The notes below the pieces were generated by a model. That model ran no database searches. It worked only from the letters and a program-made list of their open reading frames with translations, and was not told where the DNA came from. From positions 148,242,001 to 148,306,000 of the forward strand of contig OZ024741.1 in NCBI GenBank assembly GCA_964016885.1: a DNA stretch of 64,000 bases. Reading direction: 5' to 3'. Made by a program: the position numbers and the translations under genes. This document shows, piece after piece, positions 11,724 through 27,759 of the stretch (its first letter is position 1; each line of letters opens with the position of its first letter). Origin of the DNA: Eledone cirrhosa. Lineage: Eukaryota.

Positions 11724-13808
11724 GTGAGCGGGTGTGTGGTAATATGATGATGGTGCGCTGGTGGGTATTAGTTTACAGATGGCAATAGGAAAAATTTTTT
11801 AATTATTTATTTCTAATCAATAAAATTTGATATTTACGAGTATATAGGTATTGTTCTACTCTGAAAAATGATTTGATTGCCGTCGCTTTAAATTTAAATC
11901 ATTTCCTTAACTCATCGTCTTTCTTTAATGACACTTGTTATCTTTAACTCTTTGGTGGAGTTTTGACAACCGTGGAGGTATTCTTTTTCATACTACGATT
12001 ATGGAAAGTAATTTAAGAAAACATAACTCCTATCCAAAGAAGTTCTAATTTCATTATAGTTGTAAAAGCAAAAGGTTCCCCACTCTCACCTCAAACAAAA
12101 CTGTAAATTTAACTTTGTAAATATCTTTACTATAAGAAAAGCTTCCATTCAAACGAGCCTTTACGTAGTCGTTTGACTTGGTAGAGATATCAGCCAAATC
12201 TCTCCCAAATTACATGGAATTATATAATATTGAAGCGTGTTTTGGGAAACAAACAAACACTAACAACAGAAGGGATAGCCATTGCTAGACTGTCGTTCAT
12301 CATAGGTCTGCTTGATAAAGGCCGACCTTGGGCTAAAAAACCTCTATACAGAAACTACAGATATGGTTTTGATTCAATAATAATTGTTTCTGCTTTTGGC
12401 ACAAGGCAAGCAATTAACCAGTGTATTACTGGTACTTTATTTTATCGACCCCGTAAGGATAAAAGGCAAAGTTAACCTCGGCGGGATTTGAACTCGGATC
12501 GTAAAGGCCCGTAGCTCCATGCTGCAAGGGGGGGGGGGGGACTTTACAATCTGAGTTCAAATCCCGCCGAGGTTAAGTTCGCCTTTCATCCTTACGGGGT
12601 CGATAAAATAAAGTACCAGTAATACACTGGGTAATTGTTGGCCTTGTGCCAAAAGTAGAAACAATTATTTGAATCAAAACCATATTTGTAGTTTCTGTAT
12701 AGAGGTTGTTTTGATTAAAATAATTGTTTCTACTTTTGGCACAAGGCCATCAATTACCCAGTACATTACTGGTACTTTATTTTATCGACCCCGTAAGGAT
12801 GAAAGGCAAAGTTAACCTCGGTGTTTTGATTAAAATAATGACCATGCCTCAGCTCTAGAATACACTATTTTACGATGCACTTTCTATTACTAATTAGAAA
12901 TGGTAGGAACAATACAGGGATTGGTTTCAAAATTAGGAGGAATATGGAGAACATGTTTTTCTTTTTTTCATTTTCTTGGTCAGGGAGGGGGACAGCAATG
13001 GCCATGACCCCCTTTCAGGGCCTCATTAAACTGGAGACCAGTTCTGACTTCTGGCAACAAAGTTAACGCTGCTAAAGGTAACCATGGGCCAGGTGGTGGT
13101 GTGAAACTGGATAACCGAGTAAATCTACCACTCAGAACATAAAGAACAAACACCAGAAAAAAAGATCTTGTCCTATGCTCAAACAATTCTGCTAACTCAC
13201 AGCCCTGCACTGGTACTTTATTCTATTGAAAAACAAAGTTGACCTTGGTGAGGTTTGAACTCACATCACAGAGCTATAACAAATATTGCTAAGCATTTTA
13301 TCCTATGTGCTAACAACTGCTCCAATTCACCATCTTTTACAATCATGATGATATTCTTGTTCTGTGAATAAAAATTCAAGGAAAATATGATGGCGTGATC
13401 AACTCATTGCAAGGAAATTTCTTGTCAAAAGTTGTCCATGCCTTCTCTTCTATTTTTCTATTCTCTGTCCAAATAAGTATTGAAACTGCTCCCCTGAGAA
13501 TCTACACAGATTTCTTACAAATAAATCAACCTTAAGTTGTTGGATGTATAATAATCTAGACTTGTGACAAAGGTTGAGTACAAATCAGTCGATAAAGTGA
13601 TTGATAGGGTTAATGTTATCATTAGGCTAACTAGGCAGCCACCTAGGATGCAGTACTGACCTTTGATGACCAGATCGAAGTTGGCAATTGTGTGTGTAAA
13701 TTATTATAAAAACAACAAAAATATCAAAGCACTGAGAATTTAAAGGCCTTTTAAACATTTCTCTTCAGTATTCCACCTCTGAATTTGACGTGATTCCAAT
13801 GTAACACA

Positions 13809-16158
13809 ATGATCCTGCTGGACAACGTCCTTCCAATTGTCGATGATTTTGATCCTCCTAAATGTCTCAGTGAACGCTGTCATGATATATTTCCTGACTT
13901 TGTAACATTTGTCATCATCCCAGCGGCCGTATTGCTTTTTGTTGTCCTCTTTCTCAGCTGCATGATGTGTTGTGGTCGAGTCGGCATGTGAGTACCCTTC
14001 AATTTTCTAATCTGCTATTGATCAATTAACCTTTTTGACACCAACAAACCAAAGACTATCCCTTATGATACAGAACTAACAGTTTCTGTGTTGATATTGA
14101 AATTAAAACCTTCCAACATATTTAATCTGGTGTCTGGAACATAACTTAACAAAGGTTCTTAAATAAATATGAACACTTTAAAATAAACAGTTCAGTGTTA
14201 GAATCAAGATGGTTTCAGGCAATTTAGTATCAAAAGGATTTCCTAGTATATAGCACTCATTTTTTTTGTTTCTGTAGCAGAATCCCAAATTAAGGAAAAA
14301 GAAACAAAAAAAATGATGATGATATGATACTTTGGATTGTACCTTGATTTCAGCATTTCAGAAGTTATATCTATGTGATACATACTCTAACACTATAGCT
14401 CAAAGGTATATAAAAATGCATTGATATCATAGTTTAACCATTTTGCTACTGTATTTCTCATGAAATACACTGTATGTATGTTTCAATTAATTTTGAAAAT
14501 TTGAAGAATATAATGAGATAACTAACCTTTTCAATAGTTGATATTTGAAATGTTACCTATAAAATTTTTAAAATAAAATTTTATGGAAGGTTTATATATA
14601 TATATATATGTGTGAATATTTTTAAATGGGTAGTTGTGTATCATAAAATCAGGGCAGTTTCCGATCAGTTGGTATTGAAAGATTTAAAGGTATAGAGAAA
14701 TAAACTACCACTGTTTAAAATTTTAGTCACACACTCTACTGTATTCTTTCAATATAAAATATGTTAAAGTCTAAAATGTTTCATTTTTGTTTGTTTCCAG
14801 AGAGAAAAGAATTTGTCAGACATCAGAGTAAGTTAATTTTTAATGAGTATTTTATTCACAAAAAGCAATAGCAGATATTGAATTACTTGGTTCTAACTTG
14901 ACTTCCTGACAAAGCAGTTGTTACTAAAAAGTGTAACTGGACATGAAATACAATTAAATTTATGCATATCTTAATATCCTCCAATCTATTCTACCCATTC
15001 ATATTCTCGTTATTCTACTAGTATCAGTTTTGTCGATCATATTGACTCTAATTCCTATTTTTAAATCTGGTACATATTTTATCAATTCCTGCTTGTCGAA
15101 TCACTAAAGTTACAAAGCATAAATCACATTGGTTGTTACGCAGTGTAGACATATGGACAGACATACAAATATAAGGCCATTTTCTCTGCAAAAGTATGTT
15201 AACCTTGCAAGCCCTATTATAGGCCTCATATTCATCATGAAATTCTTTTTGAAGCAATGTTTTACAGCTGGTTGCTCTTCCTTAAACCAACTCTTATGAC
15301 ACATGATAATCCCAATACAATGTGAAGTGTTTGGTGATAGAAAGGGCATCCAGCCATAACAAACTTGCCAAACCAATGGTCAGGATTCTTTGGTTTTGCT
15401 ATAGACATAACAACCTTCCTAGTGTTGGTTATCCACACAATAAACACCCAATTTTCAATAAAGTGGCTGGTCATAGGAAGGGCAATGGGTTGTGTCAGAA
15501 ATATGACAAATTTTCATAGTATTGGTGTTAATAAAATACACTCGGAAAAAGCACAGGACCATATGTTCCTTTCTACAAAGTTTTACTTAAGTCATTGGTC
15601 AACCCAAGGCTACAATAGAAAACACTTGCACAAAGTACCATGAAGTGGGACTGAACTAGAAACTCATTCACCACACAGCTATGCTTGCACCTGAAGTGTC
15701 TAAATAAACTCCCGGATTTCCTCTATCCACTTTTAAACCACTGACTGCATCATATTAAAAATTGAAATCGTTTGATATTTCACAATGATCTGTCCACTAA
15801 TCATTTGAATTAACAAACTTATTTTTTGCTATATCATTACATTAAAAATTAGTCATTGCAAATTTTCAGATATGATATGCCCACAAGTAGAGATACTATA
15901 AATGCTTGAATTGAATTAACATTTTTAGATATTTACTGCTAAATCATTAGTTAAACCTTACATTCCAGATCTGAACTGACTCAGTACACATCAATACGGC
16001 AAGCTTCCCTTAGTCTTCGCCAGTTATCAAATAACCGTGATACTCCAATAAATATAAGAAGTGCTTCGCTGTCTCTTGCTCACCAAAAGCGCCGACAGCG
16101 TCTTAATAAAGTCCATGGAAATGCATCTCAATCTGCTCCAACAACTTTACAGAGGTAA
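13809..16158 (+). CDS. Miniature alpha/epsilon-sarcoglycan-like single-pass membrane protein (~131 aa); coding exons 13809-13987, 14801-14827, 15969-16154, then stop
   Basis: The spliced translation reads MILLDNVLPIVDDFDPPKCLSERCHDIFPDFVTFVIIPAAVLLFVVLFLSCMMCCGRVGI|EKRICQTSE|SELTQYTSIRQASLSLRQLSNNRDTP...APTTLQR*. This matches the recalled SGCA/SGCE pattern (D..DF..T..VP..V...L..[42 protein letters not shown]). All introns are GT-AG and phase-2 consistent. The stop is the same whether read through (AGG TAA) or spliced to the acceptor at 17112 (AG|A TGA). AATAAA at 17203. Confidence 0.75.
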
Positions 16159-17892
16159 CAATTATTGTAAAATACTTTCAAACTGTTTAACTCTTATTTT
16201 TTGAATCCGTAACTCCTGATGGAGTCATAGGGCTATCCTCTCCAGGTCTAAACACAGCAGATTTTTTCCATAGAAGGATAGAGCGAGAATGAGATATAAA
16301 GGAAAAATCAACCCCAATACTAGACTGGTATTATTTTTTTTATCGAACTTGAAAGGATCAAATGCAAAGTTGGTGCCTACAAGATTTGAACAAAGACCAC
16401 AGAACATTTTAACAACTGCTAACTCACAACTCTTTAATTTTGGGGAGAAAGGAAAGTCAATTAGAAGGATGAAAGGTAAAGTTGACCACAGAATGTAGAG
16501 CCAGAACATCAAGGGCATTTTGCCCACCACTCTTACCATATTTCTTATTAATGAAAAACAGTGCCTGTTACTTTCTAAATAATCAAGAATTTTGAGGATT
16601 GCTGAAATTAAGCTGGTGTTTGGAACATAGCTTAACAAGGTTCAGGGAACCCTTATATGATTTTCTAAAAAATGCAGAACCTATATTTTACAATGTCATT
16701 CAAATTTTAATAAGGTTTCATTGAAAAAAAAATTGTAGAAACTCAATATTTTCATGAAAATCTGATGTTCCTTAGAATCCACAGCTTTATGAATATATAG
16801 CATATTAGGTATGCTTTCTTTCAATGCTCGAGAGAAAGTAGGAGTATGTTGCTGGGGAAAGTAATATGGTCTTTTCAGGGATAAGAATGTTTCCAGCTAA
16901 GTTCAAATCCTATCACTGGAAAAGAGGTGATGCTTCTGCCAAGTGTTGCAACTGACATATCATCAATAGAAAGTTTCATTGATCTGATTTTGAGTTGCTT
17001 CTTTCCTTTATTTTTATAATACTAATAGATTGTATCTTTTGTTGCCAGTTCAAATCACATTTTAATATTCATAAACGTTTTCTTTTCTTTATATAAATGG
17101 TCAATGCTTCAGATGAAGATGAAAAGAAATCACCATGGACTACGTTGAAATAGAATCATAAGAAATTTACAAAGAAATAACCATTTCAGGCTGATTGTAA
17201 AAAATAAACCTATTTATTGGCTCGATGTATTATCCCAAATTGTACACATGCCCGAGATAAACTTGTCCAACATCAAATATTTTATTGGTTTTCTATAGAC
17301 CCTTTCTCAAAAGGAAAGAAAGGCAAAGTTGACCTTGGTGTGATTTAATTTCCACATTACTTTATTTCTAATAAAAGAAATTATCTTTCAAATATTTTTT
17401 TTCATCAAGCTTGTGTTTTAGGGTAATAAATTGCAGAAACAATGGACAAAAATGTTTTGCATTTAGTTACACAGCCTTTTACATTCTGCATCTAACACTG
17501 CCATGGTCAACTTTGCCTTCTATCCTTTCAAGTTTGACAAAGCACCAGTTCAGTATTGGGGTTTGATATAATCAACTTTCTCCAGCCTGGTGTTTAAAAA
17601 CAATTTTCTTGCATAAAATTATGACGGGAGGATTAAATTTAAATAGTTTTGCATCATGTATCTAGGTGACTTTTGGCCATTATAAAAAAGTCAAGCATTG
17701 AGACATAACTAAATATTACAGGGCATTTTGTCTGAAACTATCACTTGACACTTACCAAGTATAAACATACTGTCTGTCCAACCACTAGATTTGTGTAATT
17801 ATATAAGAAAAAACACTTAAGACAGAAAATCAGATCGAATTTTTATTTCATTTTTAAACCATAAATAGTTTCAGTTCACCACTCCATTACAG

Positions 17893-23165
<5,273 letters not shown>

Positions 23166-23184
23166 TGTGTCCCGTTAAACCGTA

Positions 23185-23195
23185 CAGAAAGGAAG
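23185..23195 (-). promoter_or_regulatory. 5'-TOP / TCT-type transcription start of RPS27 copy A
   Basis: Minus strand CTTCCTTTCTG lies about 20-30 nt upstream of the ATG, as is typical of ribosomal protein genes. Confidence 0.7.
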
Positions 23196-24289
23196 TAGAA
23201 AAAGAGAGTTGCTAATATATAGTAATAAAGTCAGAGAAGCATCTACAGCAATAGTGTCGTATTCATGTTATTGTTATTATTTCAAACAGTAAATAATTGT
23301 TTCTACTTTTGGCACAAGGCCAGCAATTATCTTAGTGCATTGATGGAACTTTATTTTATCGACCCCGTAAGGAAAAAAGGCAAAGTTAACTTCGGCTCGA
23401 TTTGAATTCAGACCGTAAAGGACCGTAACTATGCTGAGTAAATAATTGTTTCTACATTTGGCACAAGCCCACCAATCTGAGTAAATAATAATTGATTAAT
23501 ATCTTTGCAAACGATAAATGAGTATGTAAGCTTATTGCTTAGCTGATTTACAAATAGCACCATGATGTTTTGATGCTATAATTTCTATTAAGTAAATATT
23601 TTTAAAATCTCATTTTGAAATCATTAATCTCACATTGAAGTGGCAGTGTCTCACTTAGAAATTACATATACTCAGAATTCCAAATACTATAGCATTGGTT
23701 CCCAACGCAGGGCTCAGTTTGAATATTTAAGGGGGCCATTTGAAAATGATGTCAATGAGAATAAACCTCAGGTTTTACTTTATTACTTTTATACCAAGGT
23801 AACTTTGGTGTATATTACTGTCAGAAACTCCTGTCTCATTTCCATATGTTATGCATTTGTTTACACTTTGCTGTTGATTAGTGCTGTTTTCATGTCAAAA
23901 GGGGACATAACAATTTTGTAGATGTTGAGGTGGGGCATGGCGCACAAAAGGTTGGGAACCACTGTACTATAGTCATACTAAGTGCATTGGAGTTGTAGAA
24001 ATAATAGAAATGAAGGATAAAAACTTTACACTATTTAGTTTATTTGTTATGAATTTCAAATTCGGTCAGAGCTGACATTACTTGTTTTGATCTAAAATAT
24101 ATAAATAAAAGTTACATAGTTGGTACAGCACTCAGTATTAAATCTATCAAGTGCAAGTCAGAGATCACCATCTGTTGAGTTAAGTAATACCATGTAGTCT
24201 GCAAATTCCAGCCAATTGACCCAACACTCGCCAGTGGTGATGTACTTCCAACCCGGCTACATATGGCAATCCTGTTTATAAAGATTACA

Positions 24290-24600
24290 ATCCTGAATAC
24301 AAGCTGCCGAAATGGAATTCCACCAAAAGGTCTTTGGAGTAATGTTACTCGATAAAGTGTGTTGCTCCAGGTGGAGCTACTACTTCTCCAATTTGAGAGA
24401 TCAAGGGTCCAATATCACAGGCATGTGGTTAGAATGTCTCAGGAAAGAATTGCTAGACAGATTTTATGGACAAAACCTACTAGCAGGAGACCCCGAGCAA
24501 GATGGTTGACTAACATTCATGAGCTTAGTTGGGAATCCAGCCAGATTAATAGGAGTTGGTTATGTAGTGAGAGTCGCCTCCCTTGTTATGACGTCGAGTC
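24290..24600 (+). mobile_element. Degenerate RTE-type LINE 3' fragment
   Basis: Decayed ERSRVQYHRHVVRM..ERIARQIL...RRPRARW motif of RTE ORF2 C-termini. Confidence 0.55.
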
Positions 24601-25924
24601 AAAGCATTGCTTTGCTAAGGAACAGTTGGACACCAGCCTCTGAACTGATAACAGCTTCCTATGGACCCCCATCAAAGGGCCTAGAGATGGTCATGCATTC
24701 CGATCCTTTCTTACTGCTGTTTGCTAACATATAGCTCCAGGTATACTAACATTAAGCACACACCACTCCATCAATAAAACATTTGTTACGTTGATAAGCT
24801 CTGTTGTTTTTACTCTGATCGATAATGCATACACTACCAATAACTTCCAGTACATTCAATGGAGTCATAACATATAAAAAATAGAAGATATTCCCATCGG
24901 ACATTGACCAGCTAACCTTCATAACCGATGACCACTTTCATCTAAAGTTGGTGACCCTATCCTGCTGTAATCGATGACCATATCTACTCTAAAGTTACTT
25001 CTGAAAGGACCCACTAGAAGGTGTGCTTGAGGATTCATCCTTCACGACCCTCCCAGGAATAAATGGTCAAAGAAAAAGAAGATAGTAGGTGTTTCTTCAA
25101 GAGGTGGGAAGACAGCAAAAATAAAAGTTGTATCCTCAAATTCCAAGATCATAATGTTAATAAAGAATGTTCAAGACATTTTGGGAAGTGGGTGGTTGAG
25201 CTGGACTGCTGACAATGAAATACTTGTCATTGTTGGGGGTATGCCTTACCGAGATATCAGGTGATGTCCGCAAGGGTGCTTCATTATTCTACCACCTTAG
25301 CCAAACAATCACCAATACTGCAGGTGTATAAGCTTCAGTGACCCCATGAAGTGTGTGATTGAGTGTGCATGTCTTCTCCCTCTTCTTTTTCTATATTATT
25401 CACCCCCCACCTTTTTTCTCCCTTATGACTCCCTCTTGGTTTTCCTCTTCCTTTAGTATTATTCTTTAATTATTATTAAATTCTTGGTTGACTTTGCCTT
25501 TCATCCTTACGGGGTCGATAAAATAAAGTACCAGTAATGCACTGGGTATTTTGCTGGCCTTGTGCCTAAAGTAGAAACAATTATTATTAAATTCCGCTGA
25601 CAAAAAACCCTGAAATAAAGGATCAACATGAGTGTTTAACATATCATAACATAAATCAATTGGGCATAGATATAGCGATAATAGGGACCTATTATAGCCA
25701 TAATAGGTCCTGAGTTAGAGTAGTTGACATTAATAACAGAATCCTGGTTTAAATATATGACATTATAATAGTAGCTGAACTAAACACAAAATAGATACAA
25801 GATAAAACATACACTACGTGGAAGTGATACACCTGAGGAGTGGAAGAGTGATCATTTATAAGAACGAACCTCAAATTGAATTGCAACCAACTAAACACTT
25901 TGTTTAGGAGCTTACTATTTCAGT

Positions 25925-26293
25925 ATATATATAAAACAAGAAGTGCAGGTTAACAAGTTAAAATTAACTCAGTCAACAGGTTAAAATTAACTTTGTTTAT
26001 TCATATTTTCTGTAATATATATTTCGGTGATTACCATTATTCAACAGCTATGACTTCATCAGACAGCTAAAGCTTGAACAGAAAAAACAGAACGGTGGAA
26101 CAAAGTTTACTCCTGTTATTTAGGGCCTTTGATATGCCCTGTTCCGAAGTGTAGCGATGTTTTCTCAACACTACACTTCAGAACAGGGCATATCAAAGGA
26201 CTGAAATAATGAAAGTACACTTTGTTCTGCCATTATATATTACAGCGAATATGAATAAATGAAGTTAATTTTAACCTGTTGACTTACACTTCT

Positions 26294-26300
<7 letters not shown>
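25925..26300. repeat. Imperfect fold-back element with nested inverted repeats and a degenerate hammerhead core
   Basis: Outer arms ~25925-26022 / 26235-26300 and inner arms ~26116-26158 / 26170-26209. Minus-strand CUGAUGA...GAAA lies at 26010-26066. Confidence 0.7.
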
Positions 26301-26367
<67 letters not shown>

Positions 26368-26373
<6 letters not shown>

Positions 26374-26489
26374 CGAGAAATAAAAGTAACATGGTTGGCT
26401 GTACAATCAGGGCTTTATTCACTGAATAAATGCAATAAATAAAGCCCTTATTGTACAGCCAACCATGTTACTCTTATTTCTTGAATTAT
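26368..26489. repeat. Hairpin / MITE-like inverted repeat next to a (TA)n array
   Basis: ATAATTCGAGAAATAAAAGTAACATGGTTGGCTGTACAATCAGGGCTTTATT pairs with AATAAAGCCCTTATTGTACAGCCAACCATGTTACTCTTATTTCTTGAATTAT. Confidence 0.85.
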
Positions 26490-26654
26490 TATTACTCCAA
26501 GTATAACCTACAAAGAAATTAGTGCGAACTCGCTGCATCACTATGGAAGCGTCTTGTTGAGTCAAACTTAGCCATACGTTAAAACCATCCACAACACGGA
26601 GTACCCTAACTGGACTACCTCTAAGTGGATTACCTACAACGATAACTTGTTATC

Positions 26655-26724
<70 letters not shown>

Positions 26725-26945
26725 CGTTTCTGAATTTGTTTAGCAAGATTCTTTATCTGAAATCGTGTGTTGAAACCGATATTGTTATACTTTGGGAGGG
26801 TCATGTTGCCAATAAGAAACACACGCACCAGTTGCTTTCACTTCAATTTAATTTATTAAATATTTATAAGTTTACAAATTTATAAATTTATAAATTTCTG
26901 GTTGGTTGGTTGGTTCCACAACCAGATAGTTGTTTATATATATAT

Positions 26946-26990
26946 AGTCATAGTTCTTTCGTCACACACTCTGTGACCTCTTCAGTGACT
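26946..26990 (-). ncRNA. Mirror hammerhead motif in the left arm of the palindrome
   Basis: Exact reverse complement of 27111-27155. Confidence 0.6.
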
Positions 26991-27110
26991 GGGGATTTCT
27001 TTCTTCGTTTCTGTGCCTTTCCTTTCTTCTATCCTACGCCATTTTGTTGACAAACAAAATGGCGTAGGATAGAAGAAAGGAAAGGCACAGAAACGAAGAA
27101 AGAAATCCCC

Positions 27111-27155
27111 AGTCACTGAAGAGGTCACAGAGTGTGTGACGAAAGAACTATGACT
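27111..27155 (+). ncRNA. Minimal type-I hammerhead ribozyme motif in the right arm of the palindrome
   Basis: AGTCA, CUGAAGA, G GTCACA gagtg TGTGAC, GAAA, GAAC, UA, TGACT: 5-bp stem I, 6-bp stem II with one extra G, 2-bp stem III, CUA cleavage triplet. Confidence 0.6.
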
Positions 27156-27314
27156 ATATATATATAAACAACTATCTGGTTGTGGAACCAACCAACCAAC
27201 CAGAAATTTATAAATTTATAAATTTGTAAACTTATAAATATTTAATAAATTAAATTGAAGTGAAAGCAACTGGTGCGTGTGTTTCTTATTGGCAACATGA
27301 CCCTCCCAAAGTAT

Positions 27315-27396
<82 letters not shown>

Positions 27397-27397
27397 C

Positions 27398-27550
27398 GGA
27401 GGCACATGACTTAGTGGTTAGAGCATTGGGCTTGGAATCGAAAGGTTGTGAGTAAAATTCTCAGACCGGGTGATGTGTTGTTTCCTTGAGCAAGACACTT
27501 TATTTCACATTGCTCCAGTTTACTCAGCTGTAGAAATGAGATGATAGGGA
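27398..27550 (+). mobile_element. tRNA-derived SINE, 5' part (3'-truncated)
   Basis: A box TGACTTAGTGGTTAGAG, degenerate B box, then GTTTCCTTGAGCAAGACACTTTATTTCACATTGCTCCAG. Same family as 35287 and 49499. Confidence 0.8.
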
Positions 27551-27576
27551 ATGTAATAAACAACATAAGACAATTA

Positions 27577-27649
27577 TTTCATTTACCAAAGATTTCAAGA
27601 AGACAGACGAGCTTGACGCAGACGTCTGAAATCGTTCGTCAGAACGAAA
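27577..27649 (-). ncRNA. Type-I hammerhead ribozyme motif with a partly decayed stem II
   Basis: Minus strand: TTTCGTT, CUGACGA, stem II containing CAGACG/CGTCTG, GAAA, TCTTTGG, UA (GUA triplet), AATGAAA (7-bp stem I). The flanks are homologous to 6839-6945, where the 3' half GAAA-CCACTGG-TA has a perfect stem III. Confidence 0.55.
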
Positions 27650-27759
27650 ATTTGATTTAAAACGGATGTGAGATATATAGATAAATAGCTCTGTAGCCTA
27701 CATAGAGCACTCTCCTTTCCTTTACCTTTCCTACGGAAACAATATTTATTTTAAAAAAA

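Larger units (their letters stand above)
26779..27322. repeat. 544-bp palindrome (270-bp arms, 4-nt loop GACA) flanked by (TA)n arrays
   Basis: The arms are reverse complements about the axis at 27050.5 (...GCCATTTTGTT-GACA-AACAAAATGGC...). No mismatch was seen on manual comparison. Confidence 0.95.

Noticed and set aside
17113-17153. Extra C-terminal peptide DEDEKKSPWTTLK for the sarcoglycan-like gene
   Set aside because: It needs a phase-1 junction, but the preceding exon ends in phase 2, giving R-stop. No bridging exon was found.
26779-27322. Palindrome as the symmetry axis of the RPS27 inverted duplication
   Set aside because: The arms are identical (young) whereas the RPS27 introns are unalignable (old), and symmetry stops at 270 bp. 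The central position is probably coincidental.
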